Assembly: GCA_035221665.1 (NCBI GenBank)
Contig: CM069154.1
Coordinates: 6,014,001 to 6,078,000, forward strand
Source: Okamejei kenojei
Taxonomy: Eukaryota
DNA: 64,000 nucleotides
Direction: 5' to 3'
The position numbers and the translations under genes were made by a program. Position 1 is the stretch's first letter. Each line of letters begins with the position of its first letter. Positions 50,201 to 62,519 of the stretch are shown here, one piece after another. The notes below the pieces were generated by a model that saw nothing but the letters and a program-made list of their open reading frames with translations, was not told the origin of the DNA and made no database searches.

Positions 50201-52601
50201 CATCCCCAACTTCTCTGCTACTGTTAGGTGGCCTGTACACAACACCCACCAGCGTTTTCTGCCCTTAGTGTTTTGTATCTCTACCCATACCGATTCCACA
50301 TCCTCCAAGCTAATGTCCTTCCTTTCCATTGCTTTAATCTCCTCTCTAACCAGCAACGCTACCCCACCTCCTTTTCCTTTCTCTCTATCCCTCCTGAATA
50401 TTGAATATCCCTGGATGTTCAGCTCCCAGCCTACGTCACCCTGGAGCCATATCTCCGTGATCCCAACTATATCATAATCATTAATATCTATCTGGCACGT
50501 TCAACTCGTCCACCTTATTACGAATACTCCTTGCATTGAGACACAAAGCCTTCAGGCTTGTCTTTACAACGCATTTACCCCTTATACAATTTTGCTGAAA
50601 AGTGGCCCTTTTTGATTTTTGCCCTGGTTTTGTCTGCCTGCCACTTTTACCTTTCACCTTGCTACCTAATGCTTCTACCGTCATTTTACACCCTCCTGCC
50701 TCTCTGCTCTTGTACCCATCCCCCTGCCACATTAGTTTAAATCCTCCCCGACAGCACTAGCAAACACTCCCCCAAGAACATTGTTCCATTCCATTCCAGG
50801 TGCAAACCGTCCTGTTTGTACCGGTCCCACCTCCCCCAGAACTGGTCCCAGTGCCCTAAAAATTTGAATCCCTCCCCCTTGCACCACTTTTCAAGCCACG
50901 TATTCATTTGCATTATCCTCCTATTTCTACTCTGACTGGCCCGTGGTACTGGTAGTAATCCGGAGATTACTACCTTTGAGGTCCTACTTTTAAGTTTATC
51001 TCCTAGCTCCCTAAATTCACCTTGTAGGACCTCATCCCTTTTTTTACCTATATCGTTGGTGCCACATGCACCACGACAACTGGCTGTTCACCCTCCCCCT
51101 CCAGAATGTTCTGCAGCCGTTCAGTGACATCCCTGACCTTTGCACCAGGGAGGCAACATACCATCCTGGAGTCTCGTTTGCGGCCGCAGAAACGCCTATC
51201 TATTCCCCTGACAATTGAATCCCCTATTACTATTGCCCTTCCCCTCTTTTTTCCCCCCTCATGTGCTGCAGAGCCACCCATGGTGCCATGAACCTGGCTG
51301 CTGCTGCATTCCCCTGATGAGCCATCTCCCTCAACAGTATCCAAAATGGTATACCTGTTTAGGAGGGAGATGACCGCAGGGGACTCCTGCACTACCTGCC
51401 TACTGCTTTGCTGGCTATTGGCCACCCGTTCCCTTCTTGTCCTCTTCCTCTTACCTGCGGTGTGACCAACTCACTGTACGTGCTATCCACGACTTTCTCC
51501 GCATCGTGGATGCTCCAGTATGAATCCAGCCGCAGTTCCAATCGTTCAATGCGGTCTGCCAGGAGCTGCAGCTGGACACACTTCCTGCAAACGTAGTCAC
51601 CAGGGACACCGACCATCTCCCAGATCTCCCACATGTTGCACGCTGAACAAACCACGGGGCCAATCTCTACTGCAATTGGATTTATGAAAGGGAAATCATG
51701 CCTGACTAATCCTCAGGAATATTTTGAGGATGTGACAAGTAAAATGGATGAAGGGGTGCCAGTGAATGCAGTGTATCTAGACTTTCAGAAAGCCTTTGAT
51801 AACGTCCCGCCCGGGTGAGAGGTGACTAAAATTAAAGCACATGGTATTGGATGTAGGGTGTTGACATGGATAGAACATTGGTTGGCAGACCAGAAGCAAA
51901 GGGTAGGAGTGAACGGGTCCTTTTCAGAATGGCAAGCAGTGGCGAGTGGAGTGCCACAAGGCTCGGTGTTGCGGCCGCAACTGTTTACCATATATACTAA
52001 TGATTTGGAAAAGGGAATTAGGAGCAACACTAGCAATTTTGCGGATGACACAAAGATGGATGGCAGTGTGAACTGTGAAGTGGATGTTAGGAGGTTGCAG
52101 GGTGATTGGACAGTTTGAGTGCGTGGGCAGATGCTTGCCAGATGCAGTATAATATAGATAAATGTGAGGCTATCCACTTTGGCGGCAAAAACAAGGGGGC
52201 AGATTATTATTACAAAGGGGTTAGGTTAGGTAAGGGGGAGGTGCAGCGAGACCTGGGCGTCCTTCTACAACGGTCACAAAGTTAGCTTACAGGTACAGCA
52301 GGCAGTGAAAAAAGCTAATGGAATGTTGGCCTTCATAATAAGAGGTTTTCAGTATAGGAGTAAGGAGGTTCTTCTGAAGTTGTATAGGTCTCACGTGAGA
52401 CCACATCGGGAGTATTGTGTATAGTTTTGGTCTCCTAATTTGAGGAACGACATCCTTGTGATTGACGCAGTGTAGCGTAGGTTCACGATATTGATCCCTG
52501 GGATGGCGAGACTATCATCTGAGAAAAGATTGAAAAGACTAGGCTTGTATTCACCGGAGCTTAGAAGGATGAGGGGGGGGGGGGGGGGGTATCTTATAGA
52601 A
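47205..52601 (+). mobile_element. Plus-strand CR1 fragment split into 47205-47645 and 51672-52601 by a nested CR1
   Basis: ...SPSQH / GFMKGKSCLTN... is continuous across the insertion. Confidence 0.8.
47642..51668 (-). mobile_element. Near full-length CR1 LINE (ORF1 zinc finger plus SGNH esterase; ORF2 APE plus RT), frameshifted
   Basis: CSACNMWE...CRKC; AIVIGDSIVRG; LCLNARSIRNK; VIMGDFN; LGKSDH; NYRPVSLTS; YLDFQKAFDKV; KFADDTKLG; 3' tail. Confidence 0.92.
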
Positions 52602-52603
52602 GC

Positions 52604-52770
52604 CCGTCCGGGTTGCCCATTTGTTTCCACTAAAACTCTACACGGGCGGCTCCTCCCAAGGCACCAGTATTTTGTGTGTGAGCGGTACTCTGCTGCATAG
52701 TGACAATCGACTGTGATCGCGCTTCCCACAGCTCCTCTTACATACGTCCCTCCCCACAGTGCATCTGGAA
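52604..52770 (-). pseudogene. Pseudogene D: 5' half of a V-domain exon truncated at a CR1 junction
   Basis: VPDALWGGTYVRGAVGSAITVDCHYAAEYRSHTKYWCLGRSRPCRVLVETNGQPGR, then CR1 sequence. Confidence 0.88.
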
Positions 52771-53878
52771 CTGAGGGGAGAAACTTTCAGATGGAGAGCA
52801 AATGAACCGTTTAATGGAAATAGATACATTTGGAAGATTACATGTAAGGAAACTTAAAACGTTCCATGATGTGAAATACTGCTTCACGGCCAATGTCTCC
52901 GATCTCAAGTGGGGGCAGTGCTGATATTGTACCAGTTGTGTCAGTGTTCTGTCCCCGGGTCAGTACAATTAGGGCTCACTTCCCTGTACAGATCCATGAG
53001 CAGAAACTGGGCTGGCACCGCAGTGCGGTGCTGAGGGAGCGCGGCAGTGTTGCAGGAGCTGCCTTTCAACAATCCCAGGCGGTGCCCGGCCACTCACCCT
53101 GCAGAAATGCACCATTTTGCTATTCATTGGCGGTGCCGCCGGCTGCGCTGCCTACATTAATCTCTCAACCGACACTGGGCCGGACCCGTGTTTAGACACT
53201 CACCGCCGCCACTGCCTTTACAACGCCCAGACTGAGGACAGAGGACAGATGAGTCACAATAAAGCGCGTCCGTTACCGAATCTGGCGGTAGAGCGTTACT
53301 AACGTGAAAACGCACACCGCCAGATTCGGGGACAGTTTCTTCCCAACTGTTATCAGGCATCTGTGTCATCCTACCACATCCAGAGAGCAGTGCTGAACTA
53401 CTTTCTACCTCTTTGATGACCCTCAGACCACCCTTGATCACTCTTTGCTGGCTTTACCTTACACTAAACGTTATTTCCTTTCCATGTATCTATGTACTCC
53501 AAGAGGATCGATTGTAATCATGTAATGTCTTTCTGTTGGCTGGTTAGCGTGCAAAAAAAAGCATTTTCAGTGTACCTCGGTACACGTGACAATAAATTAT
53601 ACTGAATTGGGAGCCAAATGTCCCGCTGCTCATCGGGGACAGGTTCTATTCTCATTTTAAACTGTCGTCAGGATTCAAATAGACCATGTGTCAACACTGG
53701 TTAAACTACGAACAAGTTTAGATATTCAAATGTGACCAAAGCCATCACCACAATGCACTGAGTTACATTTCCCCCCATTAAATGTCTACACATACTTAAC
53801 CAGCTCGGCTGTGGAAAGGTTGCACAGGACCCCAACTAACATTGATCATTGGAATATCAAGATCTGGCTATCACTCTC

Positions 53879-53915
53879 CGGGCAGCGAGGAGATGAGAAG
53901 AATGGAAATCCACAT
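53879..53915 (-). pseudogene. Pseudogene D: leader exon MWISILLISSLP with mutated donor (GT>GA)
   Basis: G|gagagt instead of G|gtgagt. Confidence 0.8.
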
Positions 53916-56900
53916 TATTTAATCCACAGTGACAAGGCCAGCACTTGTCTGCCTGTCGCTCTGATCTGTGCTCTCAGGCTCAGGGTTATATTTAACAAAT
54001 GGTTGGGTCAGATGATCACAGAGTCACATAGCACGGAAACAGGCCCTTCTCCCAATCTCGTTAGAGCAATATGCTCATCTAATTTAGTCAAATTTGCCAC
54101 GTTCGACCCATATCTCCCCAAACCTTCCCTTTCCATGGACCTGTCCAAGTGCCTGTTAGATGTTGGCATTACAGCTGATTCAGCTACTTCGTCAAGTGTG
54201 ATGTATCCGTAAGGATAGAGCGGCGGTTTTCTCTGTACTCAGAGTATGTTAACACTGAACAGTGGTGGAAATAATGATACACAAATAATTGCAGAAGCAT
54301 CTCTGCGGGCCAGGCAGCACGTCTTGGAGAAAACGGATAGATGACTTTTCGGGTCGCGACTCTTCATGTAAATAATGATACGTTGGATAAAATATGACAT
54401 TTAAAATAGTAGAAACGTCTAAGATGTGTACACTTCCGGATCATTCCCCCTTGAGGATTTTGTAAGTGGACCGGCAGATCAAAAATATAATTATTGGAAC
54501 TTATGTTTTGGCATATTGCTGTTGACAAGGGGCAAAACATGTAGCTGGCGTTAGGAAGTAGGGGCTTTTCACCTGAAATCAGCTGAGGTTAATTGGATTT
54601 TGACCCGTTCCTCTCTGCTTCAACTCTTTAGTTCAAACTTTGAAACACTATTGTTATGATATTCATGTTTTGAAAATGACAATTAATGGTGTAGTGGACT
54701 GTGAAGAAGTGTGTCTAGAATTACCACAGGATGGAGATCAGCTGGGAAAGCGGGATGTGGAGTGTAACTGACATGTGTAATGTAACTCAAACAAGGGCGA
54801 AGTGATACAGTTAGTGAATTTAAATCAAGGTAGAATATGCACGGTGAATTTAATTGTTAACTTGTCTTCTTTGCAAAACAGAGCTAATAAATGATCAGAG
54901 TTGCGTTCATGTACATGTCATTTCCTGACTTTGTACACCTGCTTGCATCGATTAATTTCAATCTGTACGCAAACAGTTGCATTATAATATAACTCAATAT
55001 CTGCAACGGGCTATCGTTCTGGGTGTGTTACTTTCAGGGGACCAGTGCAGTTTATTCGGGTTGTGTACATCAGTGGCAATGTTGTGCATCACGTGGTATG
55101 GGTGCAAGACACTGATGTTAGCTGAGCGTCGACAACCCTCAGCAAATGATCTTTGTTTAGGAGCTATTTCCTCTTTACTTTCCCAACGATACACATTGCA
55201 GAATTGAACCGACGATACTGCAAATCAATTTATTTTAATTCTCGTTCTGCTTTTTCCCATGACTCCTCCAAACACTGCTCAGCAAACAGTATTACAACAA
55301 GCTGCTCACAAGATGGGGTTCAGAGTACGAATCCACACATCTTCGTTTCAGGAGCTACGTCAAATTGTCAGCACTGCAGAACAATTCAGTGTAAAGAAAT
55401 GACTGTTTGAACATATTAGATTAAAGTACATTCCAAGCCAGAACCCGCCATTAAAAACAACATTATTCCTCTCCATTGATGCTGCCTATTCCGCGGAGTT
55501 GTTCCAGTATTTTGTGTCTATCTGTGGCATCTCAGACTGTTTTTCTCTCAATATTTGTGAGGCTCTTTGGAACGACTTGCAGTAGGGAAAAGCTCACATT
55601 CAAGTTAATTCCTCCCATTAGACCTTTAATAAGCTCGCGTGAAACAGGTCAAGTGGCATTATTGTGACCGCATAATCTATAAAAGTATCTCTGGCTATTT
55701 AGCACCCCTCGGATGTCCCTGATCTGTAGGTTTGTGAGTTCAAAGCTGGGCCTCTGGTCTCATTTTCTCGTCTCCCCGCTTACTGTATATAAAGTCCCCG
55801 AAGGACTTTATATAACTTACCTCTTTGTCAGTGGGGTATTTTACCTGAAAGAATCCTCTATTCTGTTCCAACATTATGGCTATTACTCCATCAGTGCAGA
55901 TTACCGACTGTCCTTTTTAAACACCTTTCATTGGTCGTAAATCCGAGGGTGGTAAATCTGTGGCGGCCAAGTCAATGGTTATTTTTAAGGCAGAGATAGA
56001 CCGATTCTTGCTTAGTATGCGTGCCCGTGGTGATGGGGAAAAGGCAGGAGAATCGGGTTGAGAGGTAAAGATCAGCCACGATTGAATGGCGGAGATGACT
56101 TGATGGGCCGAATCGCCCAATTCTGCTCCTGGATCTATGAACATATGAACATAGTTCATTGATGGGCGGAGTTACAGTCACAAGTCGGACTGAGAAATAT
56201 AACACATAGTTGTAGTTTCTTACCCCGTTCATCAATGCAAACCGCAACAAACTGCTCTCAACCGTTTTGTTCTAAATATAAATCGATTTTATATTATTTA
56301 AAGCCCTTCAGGTCCTAATATTCACGCTTTGTATATTAAAATGACCGCTGTAATGGACAGTGCAGCGGTTTGCCTAAAGATGCCACAGCATGTAGATCAA
56401 AGTGGGAAACAGGGTAGAGAAATTACATTTGTAATTTAAGTGGGATATTTCTTATACTGATTGTATTGGGAAGGGTGATTATACGGTGATGGGTTGTATA
56501 TATGACTAAGAGATACTGTATAGTACAGGAGGGTCTTTTCTTTTTAATTTTTTTTCTTTCTTTTTTTGTGTGGCTTTGTAAATATTTGATTAGTGTATAA
56601 ATGTAAATTCCGCGTCTCGTCGTTTACTGTGTGAAGAACATTTATCTTTGTCAGGGAGGGAATTTACCCGAAGCAATCTTTGACTCTAACCGAACTTTAT
56701 GGTCCTGACTCCATTATTGCAGTTCTCCATGTTGCAAGCAACATCTTTCATAGTACTTTCATGGGCGGGGTTACAGTCACAAGTCAGAAAGCAACACAAT
56801 GTATTTGTAGTTTCACACCCCGCGCGTTGCAAGCTGCAATTCAACCATTTTGTGCTGCACATGAGTAGACTTTACACTATTTATAGTCCTTCAACTCCTT

Positions 56901-58451
56901 ATTGGACAAGTTGAATAACTCGTTGCAGCAATATTTTCTTTAAATCAATGTTGCAGAACTCAAAGGACGCGAAGGGTGGGATAACATAGAACTAGCGTGA
57001 AATGGTTGATTGCTGTTTGATGTGGACTCGATGGTCCAAATGTTCTATACCCTTGGTGTATCTTTCACTCACTCAGTCAAAACAAAACAAAAAATGAATT
57101 GCATATCGCACTTAAAATCCTCAGATATTAGATGGTCTCAGCATGTCATGCAGCATCTTTGGAGAGAAAAATAATGCTAATATTCAGAACAAGGTCGTTG
57201 CATCATATTGTTCTGACGGGATACCATGGTCTGAAAGATTAATTGATTGCCTTTATTAAACGTCCTTAACGATTGTCAGCAGGAGGAATATACAGCAGTC
57301 TGAATGCAGTCTGTTCTTCATCAATAAAGTTACAGTCTAAACAATACAAATGACACAAACGCTTCATTGACAACAACAGTTTATTAAGAAGCATTCTAAT
57401 ACATTATTATTCATTGATCGTTATAAAAAAAGAATTACAGTCATTTGAATGCATTGAACAGGGTTTAACAGAGTATAAGGCTCTAGAGCAGCCGGCAACC
57501 GTGCAATGGTTTAAAAATAGCTCCAAGGTGACGAAATATAATTTCAGAGATGACAAAATTAAAATCAGAGCGGGAAACGATAAGTATAGGGAAGGAGTTT
57601 TGGAAACCGTTATGGTCTTGATATTTGGAAATGTACGTCCTCTGGTTCTTGATCCCCTTTAACTCTGAATAAAATGATATGTGCATCTACTCTGTCAAGG
57701 GTTAGAGTTTTCAGACTTTTAAAGCGCAGGGCAAACAAAGTGGAAACCAAAGGTTCTGATGAATTTGGACTTTAAGATAGCATTTTATAAGATGGCACAA
57801 GGTTATTATAGGACATTTGATTTATAACATGGTTATGTTAGGTGCTGGCATGAAATATAATTTGCTTGTGGATCGGAAACAGAATGTATGAATTTTCGTG
57901 TCATTTTCAGATTGGGAGTCTATGACCGATCTGTGAGAAGTGGATCGCAACAGAGTTCATTGCTGCTGTCCCATGTGTTCCCATCTGCACTAATGATTTG
58001 GATGAATGAACCGATTGTAGCTTGATCAGGTGTATTATCCGGCAGAATAGGTTGGGAGGAGGTTATTGGGAGACTTCAAGGGGATGGAGACAGGCAAACA
58101 GAATGGGTGAATAAGCATGTGGAAGGTGTGAAGTTATCCACTTTCGTAGCAAATATACAAGGGTCGTGTGTTTATTAGATGGTGAAGGATTAAAGTATTG
58201 TTGTGTGGAAAAATTTGGGTATTTTTGTACATGAATCCTTGAATCTTACCAGAAAGACAATAAGAAATTAGATGGACAAATGGTCACCATTGCATGAAAA
58301 TGTGTCTAGTCCTGTAAATATGTCTTTATATCTTTAAATACGGTCTTTACACTCACATCGTATGTATAGTATTGGTGAGCTAGCAGCGACCAGAGCAAAA
58401 CCCGATTAAGGATATCTGAAACAGAAGCAAAAATATTGGAAGCAATTTTCT

Positions 58452-58920
58452 GTTTAGTTTAGTTTAGTTTGGTTCAAAGATCCAGCGCAGAAACAGGCCT
58501 TTCGGCCCACAGAGTCCTCGCCGACCAGTGATCCCCGTACACCAGCACTATTTTACACACGAAGGATAATTTACAATTTTTATCGAAGCTCATTAACCTA
58601 CAAACCTATACGTTTAATTTAGTTTTGTTTGGAGATACGGCGTGGAAACAGGCCCTTCGGCCCACCGAGTCCGCGCCGACCAGTGATCCCCGTACACCAG
58701 CACTATTCTACACACGAAGGACAACGTACAATATTTACCGAAGCTCATTTACCTACAAACTTGTATTTCTTGGGGGGGGGGGGGGGTACCGGAGATCCCA
58801 GGGAAAACCAACGGAGGTCACGGGGAGAACGTATAAACTGCGTACAGACAGCACTCGTTGTCAAGATTTAACGTGGGTCTCTGGCGCTGTCAAGGAAGCA
58901 ACTCTACCGCTGCGCCACGA
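58452..58920 (-). mobile_element. Two tandem V-SINE/HE1-like SINE copies (one partial)
   Basis: (ctaaa)n tails and a repeated ggcccaccgagtcc..cgccgaccagtgatccccgtacacc segment. Confidence 0.65.
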
Positions 58921-60815
58921 TGTAGCAAGGGGGATGACTTTAGGCACCCTGAGGTACGTGTGAGGTATCACGTTTGCAGCACACAATAATGCCTCATAGA
59001 TTTTCCATTTTACTGTAACACTCTGCATCAGTTCCTAATATTATTAACCAGCGTAAGCAACCCAACAGATGTTCAACAATTTCAACATTGGTTTAATTTC
59101 AGCAGTCACTGTGGCAACTCAACCGTCTCCTTCAGCTTTCAGTTCCCCTTTATCTACTTCCTTTATGAAAATCCACGATTCCATCAGCTGTTTATGCCAC
59201 CGCTAGCTGTTGAAGCAAGTGTCTCATCATGCCTGACCATCCCTGGTAATATAAGCCACATTGTCTCTCCTTCAATTCATCTAAGTAGATCTAGGACAGA
59301 TTATATTTGGGTAAGGTCTCTCAACTGCCAGGACTTCTATAGTCATGAAGGGTGTTCCGGTCAGTTGCTGCAAGTTGTGCTGTCTCTGGGGAGTTTGTAC
59401 GTTCTCCCTGTGACTGCGTGGGGTTTCTCCGGGTGCTCCGGTTACCTCCCACACACCAAGGACATAGAGTTTGATGGCTTCTGAAACAAAATGTAAATTG
59501 TCCCGAGTTTCTAGGAAAATGCTAGTGTACGGGTTGATCGCTGGTAGGCATGGACTCGCTGGGCCGAAGGGTCTGTTTCCCCACTGCATCTTTACATAGA
59601 TAGAAACAAATAACTGCACGAGTAGGCCATTCGGCCCTTCGAGCCAGCACCGCCATTCAACATGATCATGGCTGACCTTCCAAAATCAGTACCCCGTCCC
59701 TGCTTTCTCGCAATATCAATTGATACCGTTAGCCCTAAGAGCTACATTGAACTCTCTCTTGAATATCTCTATTGAATCTCTAAGTGAACTAAAGTCTACA
59801 GGGCGGAGCAAGAGAATATAAGCGACGAATCATCTTGTCGGTTGTGTACGTTCTCTTGTGTGTTACTTCTTAGAAATGGTAACAATGTCGAACATCTAAT
59901 CAAACTTGCTTTATTGGTGAAAAATAACAACCAGCAGCGCAGTGCCTAAAATCATACGACACAGTGCGTATAGTTCTGAGAAAATAAGACCGTAAGAATT
60001 AGAAGCGGGAGTAGATAGTTTCGCCTTTGTACCTATTCAGCCACTCAATGGAATCATGGCTGATCTTTTATCCCAGCCTCACTATCCTGCACTAACCACT
60101 ATCCTTCACTAACCCCACTATCCTGCACTAACCTATAGTTTCAGTTTTAAAGATATGGAAACAGGCATGGAATCAGGCCATTCGGACCAACGAGTCCAGG
60201 TTAACTATTGAGCAAAGGTTCGCATTTGTTCTGTGTAATTCCAATTTCTCACCTACTCCCTGCATATTAGTGACATTTTTGTACAGAGGCCAATTAACCA
60301 ACAAACCCACACGGCTTTTGGGATGTGGACGAAAACTGGGATACTCAGTAATTAGCTTACTGTCATTTGTGCAGAACTCTGATCTGACAGGTTTCATACG
60401 TAAATTATAGAATTTCTTACACTATTGTGAAAGACTTTCATCTGAGAATGAGAGATCAATACAGTAATCTTAATATAAAATGCTGTCACAGGGAGAACAT
60501 GCAAACGCCACACAGACAGATTCGACAAAAGTGGTGAATGCTGCCCATTCCGTCACTGGTTCTCACCTCCCCACCCTTGAATGGATTTACAGGGATCGCT
60601 GCCTCAAAATGACAGCCAGCATTATCAGAGGCCCACACCACCATGGCCACGAACCCATTTCACCCCTACCAACGGAAAGCCTGAAAACTATAATCACTAG
60701 CTTCAGAGCAGCTTTCTCCCGACAGCCATCAGGTTAGTAAACACAACAACTTCCAATTAAACTCTGACCGACATAGACTAGGATGGGATTAGTTTTGTCT
60801 CTTTGCACTATTATT

Positions 60816-60946
60816 NNNNNNNNNNNNNNNNNNNNNNNNNNNNNNNNNNNNNNNNNNNNNNNNNNNNNNNNNNNNNNNNNNNNNNNNNNNNNNNNNNNNN
60901 NNNNNNNNNNNNNNNNNNNNNNNNNNNNNNNNNNNNNNNNNNNNNN
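60816..60946. other. Assembly gap next to AT-rich low-complexity sequence
   Basis: Run of N. Confidence 1.
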
Positions 60947-61449
60947 TTCAATAATATATATGATATCTGATATATGATATAATATTATAATATATATAAT
61001 GATGATATAGGATATAATATTATAATATAATATATTAAATATCACACACATACACACACATACTGAACTTGTTATCGTTTATATTATTTACATAGCCCTA
61101 TGTTTATATATTCTGTTATGCTGCTGCAGGTAAGAATGTCATTGTTCTGTATGGGACATTTGACAATAAAACACTCTTGATTTTAACTTCAGCTTTTTAG
61201 CAAGACCAATGAAAGAAATTAGGTTGGATTTTGTGTGTCTGTGTGAGGATGGATATCGCCACTAGACTACTATTGTTTGGCTAGATAATGCCAATGAAGG
61301 GGTAATTGGAAAAGGGGGTGCAAATTGAAAGAATAAATTTATGGAAGCTTTACAAATTTAGCATGTGCATAGATTATGCCAGAGGAGCCTGATAAAACAG
61401 GGGAGCGAAGACAAGGCCGCAAAGAACACAGTTCCAATAAATAGTTTTC

Positions 61450-61767
61450 CTAAGAAGCAACCCTGGCATAAATTGGCTGTGCAGAATCTTGCAGTTTGCC
61501 AGGGGACCTGGCATTGCCCCTTGGGGGACCGCTTGGGGATTTAACACTTGCATAGGTGACATTGTCCTCACTGGTAACATAATGCTTTCCTTGGGAGATG
61601 ACGTTGTCTTTGTTGGTAACGGACGGTCCCATTCTCGATCTCCTTTGAAACTGCACCGCTGCATACATGATCCCGCTGTCATTGTTGGCCAACTGGGCAG
61701 CTGTCTCGTCGTCTCGAGAATACTGCAGATTCGCATAAGCAGCACTTTCTTCCGGTGTTGGTATTTC
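61450..61767 (-). CDS. Gene E: terminal cytoplasmic exon of an inhibitory receptor (rest of gene right of the window)
   Basis: Acceptor tttgtttatgttag, phase 0, 105 codons plus stop: EIPTPEESAAYANL...GIMYAAV...NVTYASV...PIYARVAS*. Two consensus ITIMs (IMYAAV, VTYASV) and two ITIM-like motifs. Confidence 0.8.
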   Translation of the reverse strand, partial: EIPTPEESAAYANLQYSRDDETAAQLANNDSGIMYAAVQFQRRSRMGPSVTNKDNVISQGKHYVTSEDNVTYASVKSPSGPPRGNARSPGKLQDSAQPIYARVAS

Positions 61768-62519
61768 CTAACATAAACAAAAATGAAGATCCAATTTACA
61801 ATCTGATGGAAGGCGGAAGGTGTAGTCTACTCTTCCAAGAATAACACAGCGAGTTTGCGGATGTTTCCGCTAGTGGGAGAGTGTCAGACTAAAAGGACGT
61901 ACCTTTAGAAAGGATATGAGAAGGCATTTCTTTAGTCAGTGGGTGGTGAATCTGTGGGATTAATTGCCAAAAAAGGGTGCGTTGAGGGACAAAAGTGCGA
62001 AAACGCACACCTCCAGATTCAGGGTCAGTTTCTTCTCAGTTATTATCAGGCAACTGAACTGTCCTATCAACAAACAGAGCATGGCGCTGACTAGCATCTA
62101 CCTCATCAGGGACCCCCGAACTATTTTTAATCGGGCTTCAGTAGACTTTATCTTGCACTAAACATTATTCTTATTATCCTGTATCTGTACTCTGTGGACG
62201 GCGCGATAGTAATCACGAATAGTCTTTCCCCTGACTGGATAGCACAGAATGAAGTGATTTTCACTGTGCCTAGTAAACTGCACACTGTACGTGGCAATAA
62301 ACTAAACAAAACAAAACAAAACCTCATCACCGTTCAGCCATGGAAGTTCCGTCATGATATTTATTATAGCCCTGCTGTCATGCATAGAGAAGAAGATTGT
62401 GGCATTCTCTCTTCAGTAATTAGCTTTAAAAACCGGAGAGGCAACTGTTGAAGGAATTTACAAATGTATCCCAATGTATTTAACGTGACAGAAACATAAT
62501 TCAACTTGGTGGTCAAGTT

